Origin: Ascidiella aspersa
Taxonomy: Eukaryota
Direction: 5' to 3'
NCBI GenBank assembly: GCA_963924565.1
Contig: OZ004615.1
Span: forward strand, 18,290,001 to 18,354,000
DNA: 64,000 bases
Position numbers and translations under genes: made by a program. The notes under the pieces are model-generated. The model did no database searches, was not told the DNA's origin, and was given only the letters and a program-made list of their open reading frames with translations. Position 1 is the stretch's first letter, and every line of letters begins with the position of its first letter. Shown here piece after piece: positions 1-12,300 of this stretch.

Positions 1-30
1 TGGGACGGTGGGTCATTTTAAGACGACCTT
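1..30. repeat. Fragment similar to the left end of the TA-flanked MITE at 34532
   Basis: TGGGACGGTGGGTCATTTTAAGACG resembles TGGGACCAGTGGGTCACTTTTGACG (34541-34565); truncated by the window edge. Confidence 0.4.
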
Positions 31-3000
31 AAGTGTATTTTAAGGTGTTTCAAGTGACCGAAATGTTTTCCCAATATTTCTGTAGCTGCAGTGAAGAATT
101 AGCATGCGGTACTTGAAAAAAAAGTGAAAACAAATAGTTGCTGTTTTTTTTTTAATTTGTTACCGGCCACCATTGCTAAACCTTCGAAACACGTCGCCAC
201 TTTTTATTTTCTTCTAGTTTAAAACATGCGATAATAACACCAGAAGACCAAAAAGTACTCGTGTGAATAGTCCAATATTTTGAAAAAGCACAAAAGTATC
301 TTTCGCAAAGGGGCCCAAACTCTCTGTAATCCATATCTCACGTAGACTGCTCTTGTGAAGTTGGCAATTCGACGGTTTGTTTTTAATGTGTGCTCTTCAA
401 AGCTGCAGCACATTACCGCCCAAGCTCGAGTTTCCTAGCTTTCGCATTCAGGCGGTGCACCTCAGATTCAATGGTCACGTGATCTAGACACACTTCCTGC
501 CCCACGCATCCGTCCATTATGCGACTGAAAAAGAAAACGTCCAGTCAGGGGTATTGGCTACAAACTCGGTTCAGACGCCAACTTGCAGTGCCTGTATAGA
601 GCCTTATTGCAGTGCTTGTGTAGCCTGAGCGCGGCGCAATGTAACTTAGCGCTTTTCGGTTGTAGTTCGATGGAAACTTTCACCGAATTCCGTCAGAGGT
701 TTCGCCTTTTACCATTTTAAACCTGAAACGGTGCTTTCCTGTTTGAGGGCCTTCTGTACAGGACCTGGTGTGTTGTTTGTGTACAGTCGATTTAGTCAGT
801 CGGGCTTTGTGCAGAGTCGAACGTTTGCAAACCAGCGTAATACGCCTTTCTTGTTTATTCGAAACATTTGTAATATTTGACCATCCGTTGTGTACAGTTG
901 TATCGTACGCAACCCAGCCACGGTTAAGTCGATAAACAGATGAAAATTTTCATTGCCCCGACAAACAACTTTTTACTTTCCATCATTTAAGTTGCGTGAC
1001 GTCACTGGACAGCTAATGACGTCAGACAAACAGGACATATGAACTCGTGCTGGCGTTGGAAGAATGATTGCGGGTTGCATGTGGCGCGTTGTGATTGCCG
1101 AAATGTAAACAGAATGCAGGAGAGAAGTAGGCTCTGGCGTCAAAAGCAGTTTCGCATGTTTTTTTCTGGGAAGGTCGCATTCAAATAATACATAGGGCCG
1201 TTTTGTTTGCGCTGTGTTTCCTATAAATCGAAGTGTAGTGTCGAACAGATACAGATATCATCAAGTTGGACTCGCTGTATTGCCGAGGGTGGTTCTTTAT
1301 CCGCATCACATGGCACCATTGGATCTTGATGCACAAGTCGCTGAACGATAAGTAAAACGAAGCGCGCGGACTTCACCATCAATAGACGTCTTTTTTATTA
1401 TTTTTATTTAATTAGTCGGTGCGTTTCTTTCGCTCAAGTTAAGCGGCGGTTTATAAACAGCGCCACGTCTTGTCGAATTGCCGTCTTCTTTTAGCTGGTG
1501 TGAGTGATGACACGGCGCCGTGGCGTGCGTAAGCTGCACCGACCGCGGACCATAAAGGCCAGTGTTTTAGCCGCAGCGCAGTTTCAAGCTAATCTTCCCC
1601 CAGCGTACGCAACTTCCTTCCGTATCAAGTGGCGCGGCACGAACTTAGCCCAGATTCAGTCGTCAGGCTAAGCCAGGGGTAAATGACAGTAAATCGAGCA
1701 AGCTGTGAGCAGCGCAGCGCATTAACCGCAATGCCTTATTACGGTGTCTACCTGTCACGTTTTACGCGCCACATTTTTGTAGATCAGTCAGGATTGAACG
1801 CCCATATTGAAACGCAGGACTGCAGATGTGCATTACGAAAGACGGGCGTGTGTCGCTAGCCTTCGATTGGACTTGTATCGGCAGGCGGTTTCATCGCGCG
1901 TTTTATTGCCGCGTAATTGGCGACGCGCTACGACGACGCCTAAAGGGAAAAAGGCCCGAGTGTTTTATTGCTGGAACGGTGAGGGTGAAAAGAGCAACGC
2001 TCCGACACCAGCATCATGTCACTGCACTCTTTCTACCACCGACTTACAGTAGCTGTGCAGTCACAAGTACAAGTAGCTGCGTGTGGTAATTGCAGTTGCT
2101 CGACAAGTCGTATGGCGAGTCCAGGTCGCGTTAAAAGTCGCCCGTAAAAGGCTTTACCCGGCTTCTAATTGCTTTTCGTTTATAAACCCTCGTAATAACA
2201 GATTATTCGATTAAGATTTGTTCGAAGAGTTAAAGCAGGAGTTAGGTCCACGAGACAGAGCCAGTGTGTGAGTGGGGAACAGTTAGTACCGTGGTGACTT
2301 TCAGCAAAGTTAATCAGAACGCGTTGCAGCATTTTTAGGCCGTTTTATGCATATATTTTAACAAGCTAGCATGTGTAGACGCTAGTCGATTGGCATACTT
2401 ATTTATATGCGAACGCATTCAGCTTACAGAGGTCAAAACTCACTATTCCCGATTATCTATGGGATTAACAAACATAAATTTCAACTAGTTTGTCAGCTTG
2501 GCCGTTATTTTTTGCGAAGAATGACCTGAACAATCCTGCGTTTTTAATGGCTTCTACTATTGAAGTTAGTTTGTTTGCAAAATCTACGTATTCCCTAAAA
2601 CTGAAACGATTATCGGAAACTAAAAACGATAGAATTTGCCTTCCAAGTGGCAGTGGCAAGTTTGTTACACTTATCGCCGAGAATTGTGTTAAAAGTGGCA
2701 GTTGGACTTACGGTGCTATGAACATGCGCAAGGGTGAATTCTATAGATATGACCCCCGTACTTTCTTGTTTCAAGGGCGTAAACGAGCAAACGGAGTGTC
2801 AGGCATTATGGGCGCGCCTTCTTATGAGACTTCATTTAAATTTAGCAGTTTAAACAATCGATAGACTCGATAAAGGCGATGGTTATTCCGGGACGCAAAT
2901 GAAAGTGTAGCAACAAAAAAGGCTTTTTTGGTCATCAACCAAACGCTTTTCTAGAATGATACCTGTAGCACAACCGGTATAATTATATTTTTTAGAATTC

Positions 3001-3302
3001 CGACAGGTATAATTATATTTTAGAAGTCTTTGTTTTTCAATTTGATTTGCATTGGACTTACAGAATTTTCGATTTACGTATTCTAAAGTTTGGCGTCACT
3101 CATTTTAACGTCGTTTTTGTTTAAACCCTTTTGCCACATTAAAGTTTTGAAAGTCAAAATGTCGCAATTTGTTCCATCGCGATAGAAAAAAAACATAGAA
3201 ACTTGTCCGGCCAGGCAACTAGCGCGGCCGCAACTACCTGTCGGGAACCAGCCTTCAGGGACACTCAAACACACACACTCAGACACACACAAGCACTTCC
3301 GA

Positions 3303-6300
3303 ATGTATTCGCGACTCAACCGGCAGTCGATGCCGCCGCGGACCTTCCACCACCAGGCCGCCCACTGCGGCGAGGGTCGGCGCAAGAGCTTCGAGGCCGA
3401 AGACGGACCTCTGCTGTTGCGCAGCCTTAAGAGCTCGCAAGACCAGTACCTGGGCTGCGACCTGAACCGCAAAAAGACCCGCAGCCAGATATACCAAAGC
3501 ACCGGCGGCTTGCCTCTGATCACCGAACCCCTGTCCGAGTACGATTTCGAGTCTTGCTCTAGTCTTGAGCCCGAGGACGACGTTCCCTCGGCCATGTTTC
3601 TGGATTTTCGACGCTCTACCTCTCAGTCGCTGCCTCGCTGCGTGTCCGACTCGAGCGTGGTCGCGTGGCCCGTGCCTATCCAACGCAGCAGCTCCGAGGT
3701 TAAGCGCAACAACTCGCTGAAGGTGAATTTCGGGTCAGATTCGCGCTTGCCCCTCGCTCACTGCGTTAAAGTGCAAATGGGCGGTAAAGGGAAACAAGCC
3801 ATTGTTGCTGTTGTTGTTGTTTGAGGATGGATGGATTAACGTAGGGCGAGCATTGTGTTGCAATCAAAGTCGTGTCAATGTATACCATTTGTCTTTTATA
3901 TATGCGTCTTATTTAAACACATTTAGTAAAACAATACAGTATAATTTCATTCTTATATGGTTATCCACTATCATGGTAGTAATATAAAAATATGCTTGAA
4001 CGTAAAGCATAGACTTGTGGGCAATTCTGACTAGAACTGCTAAAGACATGCCCATAAAACATGTCTATAATAGTGGCATCAAAACTCATGCTGTGCATAC
4101 CACAGACATAAATCCAATACACATATTTAGTCATTGCCACTCTTTTTGGCACTTTGTCTTGTAATTAGGCACTCACAGACAGCAAACTATTACCACATTA
4201 AAAGCCATTTATTTTGTTTTTCCAGAAACCATCCCTGAGTTTCAATTGTAATTTTTTTTACAGAAGTTTTAGGCACATGAGTGTGTACCATAAAAACAAT
4301 TTGCCCTCATTGTTTGTTAACCTTATTCTAGTTATTTGTAGGCATTTTGTGGATCTATAATCTTTTTAAATTTTATATCACTAGTTTGTTAGATTTGCTA
4401 CCTTAATATTAAAAAGGTTGAAAAATGTTTATTAGAAAAAACAGTTTGAAATTGGACATAAAAGCTAAACTGTTGATTTGTGTTTCAGAATTTCCTTCAA
4501 AGAAAAATCCAGCCTTCAATTCGCAGAAGCAAAAGCACAAAACTAACAGCGGGAAAAGAAAACTATCCAATACTTGACCCACTGTAAGTTGAGTCGTTCT
4601 CCCTAAATTGTAGCCGTTTCTTAATTCCTACTGCTAATTACACTTGCAATTTATTTAAAATTTATCCCCCTAAAAATAGGTAAATTGTAGAGTTTTATAA
4701 ACCCTACTATAGTTTTGCAAAATAAAAAAGGCAAATTTTGAGCAATTTTGTTCTGTTTGTTTTATTTATTTTTAACATAAAGTAAAAGACTTTGTAAATT
4801 TCCATTTACTGCCGTAAAATTAAAACAATGTAAAGTTATACAACAATGTTGTTTTCAATGTTAAAAAAACATGCATTCTAGTTTAGACAGGAAGTTTTTC
4901 TGTCACTGTGTGTCATGTCACCACATCTTCAACTCTTTTCATGTTGGTTCAAACAAGCAGAGCCTGTTCATTTTTGTTAGTTTTATAAAAGTTACAGTCT
5001 CTCCTTATGTCCATTAGTGGCACCCTGTTTGGTAAATACACAATATTTTTTAACTGAAGGGCCCTTCATAGTTTATTTGATAATTCAAGATACCCTTTTA
5101 GAGGATTTAGAAAGTTTGTAAAACATAGTTGAATCAACTAATGATGTTAACCCAATAAATAATACAAGCATATATAAATAGACGTATTTGTTGTTAAAAC
5201 TCTGTATTTATAAAAGAACATAACATTTACCTGTTCACTTACTTTTTGGATTTCATTGTGTATTAGTGAAATATAGTCTACTTCCCATTAGTAATTGACT
5301 GTTCATGCGTTAGATGGCGCTCCAATGCGTCACACATTCCCAATGAGGTAATGCATCGTTTGTATTAGTAAGCTTCTTATTAAACCAAAGGTGACTATGT
5401 AGAACACAGACAGCAGTTTAAGAAAGGTATTTAAGGTGTATTTAATTTAAAAAATATGTTTGGTTTGAAATAATATTTTTTATTTAAGAAATCACTAAAG
5501 TTTTCTATTTTAAGAAGCAAAAAAAGTATCTTGTTGGTATTGTATATTGAAAGTTAAACAACACCAATAGTTTCATTTTCAGGGTTTACTTAGCGTTTAC
5601 CAGCCTGCATTTTTTTCTTGAGCTGCCATGTTCAGTTTTACAGGGTTGGAGCCGGGCACATATTTTTGTGGCTTTCTTGTTTAATCGTTAACGCTGGTTT
5701 TAGTTTAAAAGCGTGGCGCATGTTTAGGAGCGCTTCAGCCGAATTATCTCAGTTCCTCATTTGATAACAATAGCCATTGCAGGACATCAGCAGAGTGTCA
5801 TGTGAAATTTGACTGTTCATTATAGTCGTCATTATGTTGACGGTATACAGTGGTTAGTCACACAAGCGCAGAGTTCTTACGTCCTAAATAACTTCCTGGC
5901 ATTTTGCCACTTGTAGTTTTTTAGCCGCAGCCGGCTTGCACTGTGCTTGCTTCCAGCTGACAGGAAGCATTTAATGAAGTAGCAGTCACTGTAGGTCAGT
6001 TGTTATGGCGCCTGTTAGAGTTGCCAACCGATTGAGCAGATTTTCTTCGTTTTGCTCGCATCGAAATTTCAAGTGAGGATTATTTGCAAGTTCAAGATGT
6101 TGCATTTACATGTTGTGCAAAGAAATATGTTTTGCTGCTTTACAATGCCTTGCTATGAGTGAGTAATAAATAAGTCTCTTTTTATATATTTTTTTTTAGA
6201 TATTTTTTTTAGAATTGGAGCTGTTCATTTTATTAAATTTTATCCAATAAAAATAATACAATTTTTCATTTGACACAGCGGTTGAAACAAATTAGTTTTA

Positions 6301-9300
6301 TCTTACTTATAAAAAAAAATTAAAACAAATCAAAACCAATTAAATGGATATGATGGTATTTCTGTGTAAAAAAAAATTATACAGAAGGTAGTAGGTTTGT
6401 ACTGGTAATCTGTAAGTCTATCTTATTTATCTCGCGTTGTTTCATTTATTGATATGGTAATTCAAAATTTAAATAATATTTATTCTAAATTTTATTATGA
6501 TGGCAAAAACTACTGAAATAAAACTGCTTTATAATGATCACTTAATCTTAGCTCTTTGAACAAGTTTTAATTTTATCCATAACTTTATACTATAAGTATC
6601 CATTAAATAAATACAAGAAACTTTATAGGTCTGCTTGTTTATTAGTGTTTTATTTTGGTAAAACAAACTATAGCAGCTGGGGCTTATCACAGGCCCATAT
6701 CTAGCTTAAACGGGTGATGATCACTTGAGTCAACTTGACTTAGTTGTGAATCATTAACATCTTGCCTCTCGTGTCTAGTGTATTGTGTTTGCATAATGAC
6801 TCTTTAACCATTTGCCTTTGAATTTTCAAAAGTCTACATTAAGCAAGCCACCATAACATTGGTTTAATATTCTTGTTTAGAAAGCCTCGTTTATATATGT
6901 ACTGTAATTGTTTTCAGCAAAAGGATTTAGGTTTAACAATGAAGTTATGTAAGCCTAGAAATATAGGTCAGCCTATATACAGTCATAGACAAACTCGTAA
7001 TATTTATTTTAAATCGACTTAACGCCAGCAATTTAATCTTTTCTAATGGTGCTGCTATGTGTGAAGTAAGTTTGGCTGCTCAAATTGTTAGCCTTAGCTT
7101 TGTGTTACGAACATTAACCTACAATTATATGATGCTTCAAAGTTATGTAATGCTTTTTAAAAGCCTAGTCATGTGCGACAAAGGTTTTTTGTAGTGCTAA
7201 TGTGTGTTTCCAAATTAAATTGTTGCCAAAAGTGCAACCATAGGTCATATCTCAAAATGATTTATCTGATGAAATATGAAGGAAGCACCTTCAGATCACC
7301 TCAATATATATTCTTATGTCCCTGAATGCTTTATGTGTCATTCAACAGGACTGAAGTCTCTGTTTGCTCCCATTAAAAATTGTTTAATTATATTGTCATA
7401 ATGATGTTAATACATTGTTACTTCCACTTACAATTTTTAATTTTTTTTGAAAAAAATAAACCAAATTTTTGAAAGTAAATTCACTGACATTGTTTTGATA
7501 TCGTTAAGATCTTACAGTTCACAGTCATTAAATAAATATATTAGAACATTTACCCATGTGAAGTTATGTTGTCATTTGTAGTTTGGTTTATTATAAACCC
7601 AAGTTTTACATTCATGATAATTATTTAAAAAAACGATTAGTGTCTTCCTAGAATGTACAAGAGTTTAGAAAAAAACTTTAGTTTTTAACAATAAATTGAC
7701 TTTTCAGAACATTCATGGCCCAGGGTGGTGGTCCTTCACGTAACGCCGACGTGGAATTACCTTTCTTCATGCCTAGCATTGAATCTCCCGATGCAATAGA
7801 CCTCAACGAGGACCTACCTGAAAAAGCGATCGTAAGACCGCTTCACCACAGCATTTTGGGCAGAGAATACTGCTTTGAGGTAAATTCGTAATGTAGTTGG
7901 GTACAGCTTTTTTTGGTAAACATTGCTTAATTAAGAATTTAAAGAACGAACCTGGTCTATTGAAGACACCTACAGTTCATAACAACACATTGACTGTTAA
8001 TCAACTTTACTTTTTTATCTCCATCCAATCCCAAGCACAAATCAATTTATATCAAGATTCCAATTACTTAACTAATACCAACGATAGGTTATAAAAAAAT
8101 GTACTTTTATGGGTTTTTATTTGTTGATTTGTACTAAATTAATTTGAAGAAAAATAAAACACAGAGCTTAGTATTAATCTATTGGCCGGCCAGCTGTTTT
8201 AACTGGCGAGTTGGATATTTGATACCCGCATGTGGCACCGATTCAGGATATTGCGGTCATTTCACAAACATGCAGCTTGAATTTGCTAAATGATAAACTG
8301 CGACAGCCTGGTATAATGGAAAATTGCAACTTGCTACTTTGGAGCATCCTGAATAACGGTACAACAAGATTGACATATAAACAAATATTACACTACAAAG
8401 AACACTACAAGATTGACATATAAACAAATATTCAAAGATTATTTTATTTTTTGGAATGGTGTGACATGATAATGTAGTTGCAAATATTATTATATTCTGT
8501 TGAGTTTATTGTGTTTCATTCATTGTGTGGCTGCCTGTTTTTCATCATGTTTTCTTATTAGATAATCACCAACAAAGGAACGAGATGTTTCGGATGCAAC
8601 TCAAATGGAGAAAGAGAAGCGTGGATTGAAAAGATCAGAAGAGCAATTAATCCAAACCTGGTGTGTTACAGCGAAAAATCACTTCTGCATGTTTTTGTAT
8701 AGTATAGCCATTATTGTTAGAAATAATATTAGTCCATTTACGCAATTGTTGATCTATCTTTAAATATCATAGTTAAAAATAAGTTGATGTAACAACTACA
8801 AAATATTAATTGGAGGATTTAAAATATACCACATACAGGGCGAACTTGTTGGGCAGGTTACGTGTTGTAATCTATTACAAGTACTTTTAGGTATTTTCTT
8901 AAATTAAACTTTTTGCATTGTAAGTATTTCATCTTCAGGACAACTGCCACCGAATCGAGCACCAACTCACGCTCTTTGTCCAAGAAGCGAAGGGCTTGCC
9001 TGCCAAAAAGAAATACTTCTGTGAAATATGCCTGGACAGAAAGTTGTGCGCGAGAACCACTTCGAAATTGAAGAACGACAGGTATGTTGCGCAGTACCGA
9101 AACTTTGCACATTTGTAACAACGTAAAACGCCCCGTTGCTACATATTCCCTTATAACCATTAGGCAACACAATTCCAAAGTAATATTACCAACATTTGTG
9201 CAGTGTGAAATGCGCCCATACAGTTGCTAGCGCACCGCATAATAAAAATGGGTTAATCTGTGCCTTTGCCTCTTCTTATGCTATTTCCATACTGATAAAA

Positions 9301-12300
9301 AAAAGCCAATAAAAAAATCTTTGCAAAATTTGTTTCACTTATTTTTCATTTAACTATAATTTTAGAGTCGCCACAAAAACACCAGTGCTTTGTCTTTGGT
9401 GTTGCCAGTCAATTAAAACAAATCCTTAAATATCGCGCGCAAGGAAATAAAGGCTCCTCAGAAGTGTTCCTTACATAAAAACATTACTTTTTCAGCACTG
9501 TGTTCTGGGGCGAGCAGTTTCAATTCACATCGATGCCCAAAGTGGACGACATCACAGTGCACCTGTACAAGGACTCCGACAAGAAGAAGAAAAAGGACAA
9601 GGACTACATCGGCCTCGTCAACCTTTCATGCCGGTCACTTGTCAATCAACAATCGCTCGAACAATGGTAGGTTGTCGTTCGATTTGAATCAAAACAAAAC
9701 GCCTCGTCTTGCCCACTCACTGTGTTGTAACCCCGAGTTTTGCATAGCGGTGATTAGTTTGTGTGAAACGTAAAGCAAAACAAAGCGAAAATTCTGAATT
9801 ATGTTAAAAAATGTTGATGGTCTACTCATGACTAACATCTTCGATTTAATGATGTAATACACAGACAGAGTTTAAACCGGACCATTTTCATTAGAAATAG
9901 GTACAGTGTAGCCTCAATACTTCATGACGTTTGATGATCTTTAAATAGTTTCCTGTTGTCCCTTTACGTAAGTTTACAGTGCAGTCAATATATAACCACT
10001 TGGCCAATGATTGACTGTGTTTAAACTGAAATAGCCTCATACCATGCGCACTTCGATTTGCATGTTATTTACAGTTTACTTACGCAATGTACCATTTGCT
10101 GTTGACCTAGTGCAGGGGTTCCCAACCTGTTTGCTGCTCGTACCACTTTGTCAGGTGAAAGCGTTCTTCGTACCCCCAAACAAATTCTGATGAATTGTTT
10201 GTGATGTGTATTGCTAAATTACATTGGTTTTCTAGCTCACATAAAATTCAAACCGGTATTTCACTAAAAAATGCCCAAGGGATACGAGTACCCTCGGTTG
10301 GAAACTTCTGATCTAGTGTAATTTTACAACCTTTTTCAATATAGGTACACTCTGTCGACACCTAGTGGCAACAGCAAGAACAAGGCCGGCGAGCCGCTGG
10401 CGGTCCGGATTAAGGCTCGCTTTCAGTCGATTCACGTCCTGCCTACTGAGGTGTACAAGGCCTTTGCCGAGCATATTTCGCTCAACTACCTTCCCATCTG
10501 CAAGACGCTGGGCAACATCTTAGCCGTGTCCAAGAAAGACGAACTGGCCAAGATCATGGTCAACATTATGTACGCAACTGGCTGCATTAAGGTGAGACTT
10601 TGGGAACTTTTTTTGATTGGTACCGAATTGCAACGTTGAAATTTCTGTTAACTTGTTTATCTTTTTTCGGCCGTGCTTTGTTATTGACTGGTGGTGATTA
10701 ATGAGCAAAGTTTTCCTCTTTTTTTGATTGATAACCTATTCTGGTAACGATGGACCATTCCTTTATCTAAACTAAAAAAAACTTTCAGTCAACATAAATC
10801 AGTCATTCCTGTTACGCTAACAATAACAACTTTGTTATTATCGACAGGCTGGCTGAAGAAAAATGTTTTGGAGATATGTCGATATGTAATTACACTAAAA
10901 ACATTGCTTCATTATAAATATCATGTGACAAAAACAAGCAAATTTTAGTTTTGTTTCGATTTTAACCTATACTCATTTTTTTTTACCCTTAAAAACATCG
11001 AGGAGTGTATTGTAATTTTCTGTTACTTTACGCTCACCGAAGCAAAGGCTTTCGGGAGTCGCCATGTTACTTTTTTCAAGTCAGCTTTCCAGGATTCCAG
11101 TTGTAAGCTGGGCACCGCCTTTTGGAAAACATTCCGTTTGCATTAACTTATCCTTATTTTTACTCGCAGGATTACATGAGCGAGATCGTGATGGGAGAGG
11201 TGGAGAAGGTGGTCGAGGAAAGTCTCATCTTCCGCGAGAACACAGTAGGAACCAAATCGGTGGAAGCCTTCCTCCGACTGGTCGGCATGAAATACCTCCA
11301 CGAAGCTCTCGGTAATTTTAGAAGAATTCCACTACCTCTGAAACATGTATTCAACAAATTCCAGATAACTTAACAAATAATAAATTTACCACAGAGCTAC
11401 TTTTGAATAACATTATGCCTTCTAACCACTGTTCATATAAAACAACTTTCGATCAAAGTCGAATTTTCCACGCTTTTCACCCCAGAGAGGAAGTCTTTTA
11501 AAAACTCCAGTAAAAAAGGTTATCTTCACGAAAATCAATTTTAGGAAAATTTCGTTACCATCGAAACATGTATCCCACAAATTCCAGATAAAACAATTAG
11601 AAAAAAAATTAAAAAAAAATCGAGGAGGAATTATTTACCAGAGGAGCTGTTTGTTTGACTAACATTATGCGTAACAACAGTTTATATAAAAACTACTTTA
11701 GATCAAAGTCCAATTTACCTTTTTTTCTCCACTTTTTTCACCTCAAAGAGAAAGTCCTTAAAACTTTCAGTAAAAAGGTGGTGCGAGCTTTTGCAGTGAA
11801 ACAGGTCGCAGCTACCGGTCGTGTCGTGTTGTTAGCTTTCCCTCGAGAGGAGGCTTGCGTGTTTTGAATCGGCACGCGGAACCTCGCCTTAGTTACGTCA
11901 CAAACGGGGCGGCGCGTGGTCACAACGCATTTCCTAAAACAAAAGGCGCGTTGATGAGCTGACTGGCTCTTACTCACAACGCAGAGGCCGCTACTGAATA
12001 CTGAATAATGACTGGATTCTAAGTAATGCTAATGCTAAAGTCTATAGCAGTGGTTCCCAAAGCTCGCGGGACACTAAAAAAAATCTTAACTATTTCGCGG
12101 CACACTTTTATCAGAACAACAATAGAGTAATTTTACAATCGCCCTCAACACAAGACAAACTATATGAAAATGTCGTTAAACTTATTAATTTGGAATGAAT
12201 AGTGCGTATTTAAGCCTAGAATGTCTGTGTGCATGCCTATTGGTAATACAAATCCTCTCTTTTCCGAAATTGCTATAAGTTTCGCGGCACACTTGACAAT

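Noticed and set aside
1807-2864. ORFs of 81-124 aa upstream of the RasGAP
   Set aside because: No recognisable domain and no phase-consistent link to the gene model; better explained as chance ORFs in CpG-rich sequence.
3083-3683. Antisense ORFs (170 aa and 134 aa) over RasGAP exon 1, and similar shadows at 14572, 23782, 38586, 39345 and 46281
   Set aside because: Shadow frames of real exons on the opposite strand.
5314-5347. 34-nt AG...GT segment as an internal RasGAP microexon
   Set aside because: Length is not a multiple of 3 between two phase-2 junctions, so it would frameshift; kept only as a weak first-exon candidate.
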